The translations under genes and the position numbers were made by a program. From positions 67,401-131,400 of the forward strand of contig CASFQO010000012.1 of assembly GCA_949297145.1 (NCBI GenBank): 64,000 nucleotides of DNA. Reading direction: 5' to 3'. Each line of letters begins with the position of its first letter. Position 1 is the stretch's first letter. Source of the DNA: an uncultured Alphaproteobacteria bacterium (GTDB lineage: Bacteria > Pseudomonadota > Alphaproteobacteria > RF32 > CAG-239). Positions 31,678 through 40,746 of this stretch are shown in pieces. Below the pieces are notes generated by a model. It had not been told where the DNA came from and did not search any database. It was given only the letters and a program-made list of their open reading frames with translations.

Positions 31678-32176
31678 GAGATTGGCTTTGAATAAACATT
31701 TTAGACGTTGCGCAGGAGCGGTTGTTTTTAATGCTTCAGGTTTGGTGCTTTTAGGGAATCGGAATGATGTTTCCGGAGATAACTGGCAACTCCCTCAAGG
31801 TGGTATTGAAGAAGGCGAAACTCCTGTTGTGGCTGCTAAAAGAGAACTTTTTGAAGAGACAGGTGTTTCTTCCGTTATTCCTATCTACACGGACGAAGCA
31901 CCTTCTCGCTATGAATTTACAGAGGAAATTAAGCAAAATTTTCGCAACCGTGGTATTTTTAATGATGGGCAGGATATCTATTTTTCCTTATTCTTTTTTA
32001 CCGGAAATGATAAAGAAATTAACTTAGCTATGCCTCATCCCGAATTTAAGGAGTACTGTTGGGAAAGTTTGGATTTTGCTGTTGCTCATATCGTTAATTT
32101 TAAAAAAGATGTCTATAAATCTATGGCAGAGCGTCTTTCTCCGCTCATTAAGCAATATCTTAGTCGTGTCTCTTGA
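31670..32176 (+). CDS. rppH: RNA pyrophosphohydrolase (Nudix)
   Basis: Nudix box GGIEEGETPVVAAKRELFEETG. The start is uncertain: ATG 31670 overlaps the ctpA stop, and an in-frame TTG at 31688 lies 7 nt after AGGAG. Confidence 0.8.
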   Translation: MNRRLALNKHFRRCAGAVVFNASGLVLLGNRNDVSGDNWQLPQGGIEEGETPVVAAKRELFEETGVSSVIPIYTDEAPSRYEFTEEIKQNFRNRGIFNDGQDIYFSLFFFTGNDKEINLAMPHPEFKEYCWESLDFAVAHIVNFKKDVYKSMAERLSPLIKQYLSRVS

Positions 32177-32237
32177 TATTTTGTTTATCTTAACATAAAT
32201 TTATTGGAGAGATTGTTTTTAGTTAGAGGGATAAATA

Positions 32238-32687
32238 ATGAATAATCTGCCAGAATTTAGAGATATTCAGTTGCCGGATGGTGTTTCTTTTTTCCCTATT
32301 GCTTATGGATGGTGGGTTTTATTAGCTCTTCTTTTGTTTTTATGCATTGGGATAAAAGTTTTTGTTGCCTTTTGGAAATCTCGTAAAAAGTATTATTCCT
32401 TGAAAAAATTGGAAAGCATCTCTACGGACAATCCAGTTTTAGCAGCGATGGATATTTCTGAGCTTTTGCGTCGTATCAGTCTTGTAAAATATAGAAAATC
32501 TTGCGCTTTAACCGGTCATGAGTGGATTGATTTTCTTAATCAACATTCTTCTGTTCCTCTTTCTAAAAAAAATGCAGAGTTTTTATCTTTTGCGCCCTTC
32601 ATGAATTCGTCTGATAAGACTTACACGCCTCAAGATGCGGAAGAACTTAAGACTTTTTGTAAAAATTGGATTGGAGGAAACTTATGA
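32238..32687 (+). CDS. single-pass membrane protein resembling DUF4381 (Bat-cluster associated)
   Basis: The N-terminal motif LPDGVSFFPIAYGWWVLLALLLFL followed by a basic stretch is typical of DUF4381 proteins that precede BatA genes. The stop overlaps the next ATG (ATGA). Confidence 0.5.
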   Translation: MNNLPEFRDIQLPDGVSFFPIAYGWWVLLALLLFLCIGIKVFVAFWKSRKKYYSLKKLESISTDNPVLAAMDISELLRRISLVKYRKSCALTGHEWIDFLNQHSSVPLSKKNAEFLSFAPFMNSSDKTYTPQDAEELKTFCKNWIGGNL

Positions 32688-33685
32688 TTGTTTTCGCTTA
32701 TCCTAAATTGTTTTTATTGCTTTTGCTTCCTTTGCTGTTCTTTTTGATTATTCCGCCTAAAAAACAACAGTTCGGAGATGCTTTAAGTGTTCCTTTTTTA
32801 GCTGATTTAAAAAAGATTAAGGAAGATTTTGCTTTTTCACAGTTTGGGCTAGCAAATAAGTCTTTTGTTTCATTTTTCAAATTTTTTTATTTGTTTCTAA
32901 TATGGGCTTTGCTTACTGTTGCAGCTGCTCGCCCTCAATTAGTTGGCGAACCCTATCGCCTTAATGCAAATAACAGAGATATTATGTTGGTTATTGATAT
33001 CTCTACGTCTATGCTCCAACCGGATTTTTCTACAGCTACTCGTCGTATTGACAGATTGTCGGCGGTTAAGGCCGTTGTTAGTGCGTTTATTCAAAAACGT
33101 ACAGAAGATAAAATTGGTCTTGTTCTTTTTGGAACGCGAGCTTATTTACAGTCTCCTCTTACTTTTGATAGAACTTCGGTTCAAGAGATTCTCCTTAATA
33201 CCGATGCAGGTATGGCCGGACAATCTACATCTATCGGGGATGCTTTGGGTTTGGCCTTAAAGAACTTGCGCAATGAAAAAAACAAAGAAAATAAGGTTAT
33301 TATTCTTCTTTCTGACGGTGAAAATAATGATGGCGCACTCAGTATGGCGCAAGCCATTAATTTAGCCGAAAAAGAAGGTATCAAAGTTTACACCATAGGT
33401 GTCGGTGCTGAAACGAACTTTATTAACTCTTTGTTTGGATTAAGAAATAATGAGTTGGATGAAAAAAGTCTTAAAGCGCTGGCACAACGAACAAAAGGAA
33501 ACTATTTTAGAGCAACGGACTTAAATTCTTTAGCTGAAATCTACAATCGAATCGACACATTAGAGCCGGAGCAAACCGAAGGAACTGTTGTTCAAGATAA
33601 GACTGATTTATTTTATGTTCCGTTACTGGCAGCCCTTGTTTTGGCATTTTTCTTTATTTTCTTTTCCAGGAGTTTTATAAAATGA
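32684..33685 (+). CDS. VWA-domain membrane protein, BatA-like
   Basis: It has N-terminal and C-terminal TM helices. The von Willebrand A domain carries a MIDAS motif (VIDISTSM) and LLSDGENN. Confidence 0.8.
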   Translation: MIVFAYPKLFLLLLLPLLFFLIIPPKKQQFGDALSVPFLADLKKIKEDFAFSQFGLANKSFVSFFKFFYLFLIWALLTVAAARPQLVGEPYRLNANNRDIMLVIDISTSMLQPDFSTATRRIDRLSAVKAVVSAFIQKRTEDKIGLVLFGTRAYLQSPLTFDRTSVQEILLNTDAGMAGQSTSIGDALGLALKNLRNEKNKENKVIILLSDGENNDGALSMAQAINLAEKEGIKVYTIGVGAETNFINSLFGLRNNELDEKSLKALAQRTKGNYFRATDLNSLAEIYNRIDTLEPEQTEGTVVQDKTDLFYVPLLAALVLAFFFIFFSRSFIK

Positions 33686-35595
33686 GTGAGTTTTTAGCTA
33701 ATTTTCATTTTATCAGACCGTGGATACTTTTATTACTTGTATTCCCTCTTATTTCTCTATGGTACAAATTTAAAATACACAAGACTGCTTCATCGTGGGA
33801 AGATGTTTGTGATAAAAATCTCTTAAACTTTCTTTTAATTAAAGAAAACAAGCTGTCTTTTTTATCTCTTAAAAAAATTCTTTATATCGGTATTTTCTCG
33901 GCTATTATTGCCGCGGCAGGACCTTCTTGGAAGAAAAATGAAATTCCTACCTTTGTTATTGAGAATCCAAATATGTTTGTTTTGAGTCTGGCTCAAGATA
34001 TGGCCTTAAACGATATTACACCTTCGCGCCTTGATAGAGCCAAATTTGTGATTTCTGATTTGGCTGACGCTTTTCCGCAGGGGCAGTTTGGTATAGAAGT
34101 TTATTCGGAAGAGCCTTATATTATCTCTCCGATTTCTGATGATGCTAATTTATTAAAAAATCTGTTACCTCAAATTACACCTAATATTGTTCCAGACCAA
34201 GGAGATAGATTGGACAGAGCCATTAATTTAGCCATTGAACGGTTTCACTCTGCCGGATATGCTCATGGTAATATTATCATTTTTGCATCAGATGTCGGAC
34301 AACGTTTTGATTTAGCATTGGAAGCCATTCAAAAAGCGGCTCAATTAAACTATAAAATTTATATTGTTGATTCTTCTTTTTCCGGAAGCGAAAAATTAAA
34401 GCTTCTTGCAAACAAAGGTAATGGTTTTTACATATCTGTAAAAGATACAAATTTTCAACCTTTGATTAGCAGTATTAACAGTATGAACGAAGAACAAATT
34501 AAATTGAGTCAAAATATGCGGTCAAATTTTATTGATTATGGGTATTATCTTTTGATTATCCCTTTATTATGTACTTTGATTTTCTTTCGTCGCGGTGTGC
34601 TATTTTTGTTCTTATTACTCTTTTCGTTTAATGCTCGCGCAGGCTTTTTCCTGAATAACGACCAGGAGGCTTTGCGTCATTTCAACAATAGCGATTATGA
34701 AAAAGCCTCTCAAATGTTTCAAAATTCTGTTTGGAAAGGAGCCTCATTTTATAAAGCGGGCAAAATGGAAGAAGCTTTAAAGGAATTTGAAAAAAGCAAT
34801 ACGAGCACGGCTCTTTATAATAAAGGGCTTACGTTAGCTAAACTGTGTCAGTATGATAAGGCAAAAGAGGCCTTTCAGGCTGCCTTGGCTCTTAATCCTC
34901 AAAATGAGGATGCTCAATACAATTTGTCTGTCATAAACGATTTATACGAGAAAGCAAAGTCAGATCCTTCTGTTTTAAGTTGCGGAGATAATCAACAACA
35001 GAATCCTAACTCTCAAAATGACAAGAAAAATAACGATCAGCAAAATAACCAAGATTCTTCTGATAATTCTCAACAAAATAGCTCCAAAAATGATGATCAT
35101 GCTAAAAATAATGAGCAGAATTCAGCCAATAATGAGCAACAATCATCTTCAGAGCCAGAACAACAGAATGAAAATCAGTCTCAACAAAATGCATCTGAGA
35201 ACAATCAAAAACAAGAAGATAATCAGCAGCAATCTGCAAATTCTGATGAAACAACTCAAAATAATCAAAACCAAACGACTGAAGATGCTCGTTCTGAAGA
35301 AAATAAAGATGGTGACAATCAAAATACACCCTCTAAAGCAAATCAAGACCAGGGACAAAATCAAAAATCTCAAAATAAAAATGGAAATGAGCAAAACGGA
35401 ACTGAAAATCAGCAAGAAGAACAAGCTGTTAACTTAGTTAATGCTCAACAAGGCAATAAAGACGACAAATATGATGAAGAGGCGGTTATTATGCAGCGTC
35501 AATATCGGGATATTCCTGATGACACGGGCGGGCTTCTTCGCGAGTTTATAAAAAAAGAATATTCAAAAGGCAGGTATCGTGATGAAAATATGTAA
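33682..35595 (+). CDS. VWA + TPR membrane protein, BatB/BatC-like, with a long Q/N-rich tract
   Basis: The ATGA start overlaps the BatA-like stop. A VWA-like region is followed by a TM, TPR repeats (YNKGLTLAKLCQYDKAKEAFQAAL) and a ~145-aa Q/N/D/S tract. The conserved C-terminal box is DIPDDTGGLLREFIKKEY. Confidence 0.75.
   Translation: MSEFLANFHFIRPWILLLLVFPLISLWYKFKIHKTASSWEDVCDKNLLNFLLIKENKLSFLSLKKILYIGIFSAIIAAAGPSWKKNEIPTFVIENPNMFVLSLAQDMALNDITPSRLDRAKFVISDLADAFPQGQFGIEVYSEEPYIISPISDDANLLKNLLPQITPNIVPDQGDRLDRAINLAIERFHSAGYAHGNIIIFASDVGQRFDLALEAIQKAAQLNYKIYIVDSSFSGSEKLKLLANKGNGFYISVKDTNFQPLISSINSMNEEQIKLSQNMRSNFIDYGYYLLIIPLLCTLIFFRRGVLFLFLLLFSFNARAGFFLNNDQEALRHFNNSDYEKASQMFQNSVWKGASFYKAGKMEEALKEFEKSNTSTALYNKGLTLAKLCQYDKAKEAFQAALALNPQNEDAQYNLSVINDLYEKAKSDPSVLSCGDNQQQNPNSQNDKKNNDQQNNQDSSDNSQQNSSKNDDHAKNNEQNSANNEQQSSSEPEQQNENQSQQNASENNQKQEDNQQQSANSDETTQNNQNQTTEDARSEENKDGDNQNTPSKANQDQGQNQKSQNKNGNEQNGTENQQEEQAVNLVNAQQGNKDDKYDEEAVIMQRQYRDIPDDTGGLLREFIKKEYSKGRYRDENM
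34990..35425 (+). repeat. low-complexity Q/N/D/S-rich coding tract inside the BatB-like gene
   Basis: This run of CAA/AAT/GAT/AGC-type codons encodes QQQNPNSQNDKKNNDQQNNQDSS...NGTENQQEEQ. It is compositionally biased rather than a strict tandem repeat. It creates stop-free shadow ORFs in other frames on both strands. Confidence 0.8.
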
Positions 35596-37324
35596 AGTTT
35601 TATTTTTTTTAGTATTTACTTGTTGTTTTGCGTTGGCTGCATTTGCAGACGAAATAAATATTAGTTTGGATAAAGATGTTATCACCGAGGCTGATACTGT
35701 CAATTTAACAATTTCTTATTCCGGTGATAGCGATGAGAAACCTGATTTAAGTGCTTTACAAAACGATTTTCAGATTGTTTCAAATATGGCTTCTCAGCGC
35801 GTTAACTATGTTAACGGTAATTTTTCTCAAGTTAAATCTTGGACCATTGGGCTCAAACCGCTTAAACTGGGTAAAATAACTATAAAACCTATACAAATCG
35901 GTTCTGTTCGTTCAAATTATGCCGACGTGGAAGTTAAAGAAGTAACAAATGTTGCTTATGTTCCAGATAGTCAGGAAAATTCCAATTCTCCTTATTTTAA
36001 AATTGAACAAACAATTTCTCCAACATCCCCTTATGTTCAGCAACAAGCGCTGATTTGGGTAACACTTTATGATAGTTTGGGACTGCAGAACGGTTCTCTC
36101 TCCATTTCTGACGAAACCCTCAAAAATTGGAGTATTACCCCCGTTTCTTCCAAACCAATTGTTAAATCAGACTTTATCAACGGCAAAAAAATGAATGTTG
36201 TTAAATATGCTTTTGCTGCTTTTCCGTTAAAGAGTGGAGAAATTAATTCTCCTCAATTTATTTTTGACGGCGATTATATTAAAAATGTCGGATTTAATTT
36301 GCCTAATTTTAATGATGCTTTTATGAATTTTGGTATTGATTTTCAAAACTCATTTGGTCAGAGAGTTCCTGTCAGAATGAAAACAACACCGGAAAAAATT
36401 AATGTATTACCTGTTCCGCAAAATTTTACTGGTGTATGGTTGCCGCTTACAAATCTGACCATTGATGCGCAATGGGCCCCAAATACTAAATTTCAAACAG
36501 GGGAAGCTCTTACCAGAAATATTACTGTTCAGGCTACCGGATTACAAGAAGAGATGTTTCCAAATCTTTCTTTCCCTGATATTGACGGTTTTAAACAATA
36601 TCCGGAGAAACCGGAAATTTCATCCTCTGTCAAAGATGGAAAAATTATCACCACCGCAAAATATAACATTGTTTATATTCCTTCAAAATCCGGAAGTTTC
36701 ACTTTTCCAAAACAGGAAATTCAATGGTTTAATGTTTTAACAAGGGATTTTCAAAAATCTGTTATTCCTGCAGAAACGGTAAACATTGCTTATAATCCTA
36801 ATGTTCCGGATATTCAAGAACCAGAAAAGGTCGCTCAACCTATATCAAATTCTTCTATTGTTCAGAACAATCAAGAAGCTCAAAAAATTGTCTTGCCACA
36901 TAATTCTACTAGTTCCTCTGTGTCTATAATAAAAGCTTATGAAAAGTATATCTTGCTTATTTTGGCTTTTTTGCTCTTGCTGTTTTCATTTAAATTTTTT
37001 AGGTCTAAACCCAGTAAAAATTCTTATAGAACTGCCGTTGTTTCTTCTATGCGCAAAAAAGATTATGCGGAAGCTCGTCGCAATTTAATCTTATGGGCAA
37101 ATACTAAATTTCAACATTCTTCTATTCAAAACTTGAATGATGTTGCCAAAGCTGTAAATAATTCTGAATTTTCTGCCCAAATTAACCGCTTAAATGAAGT
37201 TTTATATTCAGATGCTCTTAAAGATTTTAATGTAGCAGAATTCTTGTCTGTTTTCAAAAAAGTTGATAAACAAATTAGAAAGTCCACCAAAAACAAAGAG
37301 ATTTTACCAAATCTTTACAATTAA
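35582..37324 (+). CDS. BatD-like (oxygen-tolerance family) protein
   Basis: It has a signal peptide (KICKVLFFLVFTCCFALAAFA), repeated beta-rich modules and one C-terminal TM (ILLILAFLLLLFSF), as in BatD proteins. The start is GTG 35579 or ATG 35582 and overlaps the upstream gene. Confidence 0.65.
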   Translation: MKICKVLFFLVFTCCFALAAFADEINISLDKDVITEADTVNLTISYSGDSDEKPDLSALQNDFQIVSNMASQRVNYVNGNFSQVKSWTIGLKPLKLGKITIKPIQIGSVRSNYADVEVKEVTNVAYVPDSQENSNSPYFKIEQTISPTSPYVQQQALIWVTLYDSLGLQNGSLSISDETLKNWSITPVSSKPIVKSDFINGKKMNVVKYAFAAFPLKSGEINSPQFIFDGDYIKNVGFNLPNFNDAFMNFGIDFQNSFGQRVPVRMKTTPEKINVLPVPQNFTGVWLPLTNLTIDAQWAPNTKFQTGEALTRNITVQATGLQEEMFPNLSFPDIDGFKQYPEKPEISSSVKDGKIITTAKYNIVYIPSKSGSFTFPKQEIQWFNVLTRDFQKSVIPAETVNIAYNPNVPDIQEPEKVAQPISNSSIVQNNQEAQKIVLPHNSTSSSVSIIKAYEKYILLILAFLLLLFSFKFFRSKPSKNSYRTAVVSSMRKKDYAEARRNLILWANTKFQHSSIQNLNDVAKAVNNSEFSAQINRLNEVLYSDALKDFNVAEFLSVFKKVDKQIRKSTKNKEILPNLYN

Positions 37325-37364
37325 AAATGCATTTTATATACTACAGATAATTGATGGAGATGCC

Positions 37365-38234
37365 ATGCTTTGGGTAAAAAGAATAGTTTGCGGAATTATT
37401 GCTCTCATTTTGATTTTTTGCAGTATCAAATTGATTGAAGATAGTGTACAAGCGTGGCAGGTTTTTGGGTGTTGTTTGTTAATTGCCGGAATTACTTTGG
37501 CGCACATTGCTATTTTTCAGCAATTGCCCAAATATAATTTTTGGATAACGTTGATTGCTATTGGTTTGGCTTTTATTCTGTATTCAACCAATTATAAAAC
37601 ATCTGAAAAAGAGGCTCAAATTATTGAGAATCGATTGAACAATGAATTGCAGAAAAGTAAAAATATTGAAAAAAATCAAACTTCAAAAAAAGAAGTTAAA
37701 AAGAAAAAGAAGAAAGTTTCTACCGGATTTAATCCTGCGGCTTATCCTAAAATCAGCGGAAGCGCCTCTGTTATTCATGCTAATGTTTTTTATATAGGCG
37801 GAAGATACGTTCGTCTATATGGTGTTGATGCACCTGATAATGACCAAATTTGTTCTGATGTTAACGGGAGTTCTTATAATTGTGGGCAGGAAGCTGTTTC
37901 TTGGGTTCGCGGATGGATTGATAATAATGTTATAGATTGTTATTTACTCAAAATTGAACCGAATGGTCAGGATTTAGCTACTTGTGTTTGGGGAGATTAT
38001 GATATTGGTGCTGCTCTGGTCGGTGCAGGTTGGGCTTTAGCTAATACACGAGAGACGGATATTTATCGTCCTTATGAAGCAAAAGCTAAAAGCGAATCCT
38101 CTGGATTATGGCAAGGAACATTTTATTCCCCAGAAGATTGGCGTGATATTAAGCGTAGTAGAAATGATTTTACCATTAAAAGAACTTCTACTGGTGGTGG
38201 CTCTTTCTTTAACTTTAGCTCTTGGTTCAAATAA
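37365..38234 (+). CDS. membrane-anchored thermonuclease (SNase)-like protein
   Basis: ATG 37365 follows GGAGA. Three N-terminal TM helices are followed by a K-rich linker and an SNase-like core (YVRLYGVDAPD ... GLWQG). Confidence 0.65.
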   Translation: MLWVKRIVCGIIALILIFCSIKLIEDSVQAWQVFGCCLLIAGITLAHIAIFQQLPKYNFWITLIAIGLAFILYSTNYKTSEKEAQIIENRLNNELQKSKNIEKNQTSKKEVKKKKKKVSTGFNPAAYPKISGSASVIHANVFYIGGRYVRLYGVDAPDNDQICSDVNGSSYNCGQEAVSWVRGWIDNNVIDCYLLKIEPNGQDLATCVWGDYDIGAALVGAGWALANTRETDIYRPYEAKAKSESSGLWQGTFYSPEDWRDIKRSRNDFTIKRTSTGGGSFFNFSSWFK

Positions 38235-38235
38235 A

Positions 38236-38709
38236 ATGGATATGTTTACAAAAGTTTTTGAGTGCAACACAGAAGATGATACTAAACATTTGGCGTCATG
38301 TTTTGGGAAAATCGCTAAAAGAGGTGATATTTTTGCTCTATACGGAACATTAGGGGCTGGAAAAAGTACTTTTGCCCGATATTTTATACAATCTTTAACA
38401 GATGCAACAGAAGTTCCCAGTCCGACTTTTACTTTGGTTCAATCTTACGATACTGATGACTTTTCTATTTTTCATTATGATATGTATCGCCTCAAATCTC
38501 CGGAAGAGGCCTATGAACTTGGTATTGAAGAGGCTTTTTTTACGGGGGTTAATCTGATTGAATGGCCTGAAAAAATTGGCTATCTTTTGCCTAGAAATAT
38601 ATGGAAAATAGATATCTCAACCAAAGGAGCTTCTCGATATTTTTCTGTTTGTGTTGGTGATACAGAAAAATATCAACGTCTAGAAAGTATTGCTCATGAC
38701 TATGAATAA
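38236..38709 (+). CDS. tsaE: tRNA t6A37 biosynthesis ATPase TsaE
   Basis: ATG 38236 lies 1 nt after the previous stop. It has the P-loop GTLGAGKSTFAR and the motifs PSPTFTLV and HYDMYRL typical of TsaE/YjeE. Confidence 0.85.
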   Translation: MDMFTKVFECNTEDDTKHLASCFGKIAKRGDIFALYGTLGAGKSTFARYFIQSLTDATEVPSPTFTLVQSYDTDDFSIFHYDMYRLKSPEEAYELGIEEAFFTGVNLIEWPEKIGYLLPRNIWKIDISTKGASRYFSVCVGDTEKYQRLESIAHDYE

Positions 38710-39124
38710 TATTCATGCAACTTTAGTTTCTTTTCAAAATAAAGGGATTTTACTTAAGGGGAAATCCGGTAGTGGAAAATCTGACTTGGCATTAAGATTA
38801 ATTATGGCTCATCAAGCGGTTTTAGTGGCTGACGATAGAGTTAATCTATGGAGCGAAAATAATAAGCTATTCGGTTCGGCTCCCCAAGAAATTGCCGGAA
38901 AAATGGAAATACGTGGCGTTGGAATTGCTCAATTTCCATTTCTGCATCAAGCTGAAATTTCTCTTTGTGTTGATTTGGTTGAAGATATTAAAGATATAGA
39001 AAGGCTTCCCTTACCAGAAAAAATTGAGCTGGAAGGGCTTTTTATTGATAGGTTGCGGGTGTATCCTTTTGAATCTTCCGCAACTTGTAAAATTATTGCA
39101 AAAATTAGTGGTATTATTTCTTAA
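38696..39124 (+). CDS. HPr kinase/phosphorylase C-terminal-domain-only protein
   Basis: The P-loop GKSGSGKSDLAL followed by VLVADDRV and EIRGVGI matches the HprK catalytic domain, and the short form is common in Alphaproteobacteria. The start is ambiguous (TTG 38690, ATG 38696 or ATG 38702). Confidence 0.7.
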   Translation: MTMNNIHATLVSFQNKGILLKGKSGSGKSDLALRLIMAHQAVLVADDRVNLWSENNKLFGSAPQEIAGKMEIRGVGIAQFPFLHQAEISLCVDLVEDIKDIERLPLPEKIELEGLFIDRLRVYPFESSATCKIIAKISGIIS

Positions 39125-39167
39125 TTATGTTAATACTAACTAAGATTGATTTTGTAAGGAATTAAAG

Positions 39168-39959
39168 ATGATTATACGTTTGGGTGAAGCTTTTTTGCGC
39201 ACATTGGGAAAACCTTTAGTTAAGTTTCTCTATTCTTTAGGGGATTTGACGTCTTTTTTTGTTAAGGCTATTTATCACTGCTTTGTTCCGCCTTTTTATT
39301 TTAAGCTCTTTTTTAAACAAGTTTTGGACATTGGCTTTTATTCTTTGCCTGTTGTCGGCTTGACAACACTTTTTGCCGGTATGGTTATTGCTCTGCAAAC
39401 ATATTCGGGATTTTCTGGTTTTAAGGCTGAAAGTGTTATCGCTTCTGTTGTGCTTATCTCTGTTACAAGAGAACTTGCACCGGTTCTCTCAGCCTTAATG
39501 GTTGCAGGTAGAATCGGGGCGGCAATGGCTGCTGAAATTGGTACAATGCGTGTTACTGAGCAAATTGATGCTTTGGTTACTCTTTCTACTAATCCTTTCA
39601 AATATTTAGTTGCTCCCAGACTGTGGGCCGGATTATTAGTGCTTCCTTTACTGGTTCTTATTGGTGATATTATCGGTATTTTTGGTGGATATGTTGTCGG
39701 CGTTTACAAACTTGGTTTTAATCCGGCTAATTATATCACGGCTACTTTTCAGGATTTACAGTATATCGGTATTATTTCAGGCTTGGTCAAAGCGGCCGTG
39801 TTTGGATTTATTATTTCTATGATGGGATGCTATCATGGTTATAAATCTAAGGGTGGGGCTCAAGGTGTCGGAAATGCAACAACAAATGCGGTTGTTTCTT
39901 CGTCTATCTTAATCCTTATCTTTAACTATCTTATTACAGAAATGTTCTTTTCTCGTTAA
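39168..39959 (+). CDS. mlaE: phospholipid/ABC transport permease MlaE
   Basis: Multi-TM permease with the conserved MlaE segment RELAPVLSALMVAGRIGAAMAAEIGTMRVTEQIDAL. Confidence 0.85.
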   Translation: MIIRLGEAFLRTLGKPLVKFLYSLGDLTSFFVKAIYHCFVPPFYFKLFFKQVLDIGFYSLPVVGLTTLFAGMVIALQTYSGFSGFKAESVIASVVLISVTRELAPVLSALMVAGRIGAAMAAEIGTMRVTEQIDALVTLSTNPFKYLVAPRLWAGLLVLPLLVLIGDIIGIFGGYVVGVYKLGFNPANYITATFQDLQYIGIISGLVKAAVFGFIISMMGCYHGYKSKGGAQGVGNATTNAVVSSSILILIFNYLITEMFFSR

Positions 39960-39971
39960 TCGGAGGCTTTT

Positions 39972-40745
39972 ATGGAAAAAGAAAAAGAAGTAAAAATTAG
40001 AATCAGAGACCTTCATAAGAGTTTCGGGAAAAAATGTGTTTTGGATGGGGTTAATCTTGATTTGTATAAAGGAGAGTCGTTGGTCGTCATTGGCGGATCC
40101 GGTACAGGTAAATCTGTTCTGATTAAATGCATACAAGGCTTACTTATACCTGACAGTGGTTCAATTGAAATTGATGATATTGAAATTGTTAATGAAAACC
40201 CTGATGTTATTGATCGTATGCACAGCAAAATGGGGATGCTTTTTCAGGGCGGTGCCTTGTTTGATAGTTTAACTGTTTGGGAAAACGTAGCTTTTGACTT
40301 AATTCAAAATAGAGGTTTTAACAAAAAAGAGGCTAAAATTGTTGCCATTAAAGTTTTGAGACAGGTTGGCTTAACTGAAGATATTGCTGATTTATATCCA
40401 TCTGAACTTTCGGGTGGTATGCAGAAACGTGTTGGTCTTGCCCGTGCGGTTATTACACGACCAGAAATCATCTTTTTTGATGAACCGACAACCGGTCTTG
40501 ACCCTATTATGGCTGATGTTATTAATGATTTAATTATAGAATCTGCTAAAGATTTAGGCGCGACGACTTTGACGATTACTCACGATATGGCTTCTGCACG
40601 CAAAATTGCAGATAAAATTGCGATGCTTTATCAGGGAAAAATCATTTGGTATGGAACGGTTAAAGATTTAGATAAAACGACAAACCCCTATGTCAGACAA
40701 TTCATTAACGGTTCCTCTAAGGGTCCTATTAAAGTGGAGAAATAA
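39972..40745 (+). CDS. mlaF: ABC transporter ATP-binding protein MlaF
   Basis: Walker A GGSGTGKSV, signature LSGGMQKRV and Walker B IIFFDEPTTGLD. It lies directly downstream of mlaE. Confidence 0.8.
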   Translation: MEKEKEVKIRIRDLHKSFGKKCVLDGVNLDLYKGESLVVIGGSGTGKSVLIKCIQGLLIPDSGSIEIDDIEIVNENPDVIDRMHSKMGMLFQGGALFDSLTVWENVAFDLIQNRGFNKKEAKIVAIKVLRQVGLTEDIADLYPSELSGGMQKRVGLARAVITRPEIIFFDEPTTGLDPIMADVINDLIIESAKDLGATTLTITHDMASARKIADKIAMLYQGKIIWYGTVKDLDKTTNPYVRQFINGSSKGPIKVEK

Positions 40746-40746
40746 T

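Noticed and set aside
35018-35437. Three additional long ORFs (35018..35437 +, 35102..35329 -, 35149..35424 -) overlap the BatB-like gene.
   Set aside because: They lie exactly over the Q/N-rich low-complexity tract. CAA/AAT-rich sequence is stop-free in several frames, and their translations are low-complexity K/I/L strings with no starts or RBS context. They are shadow ORFs.
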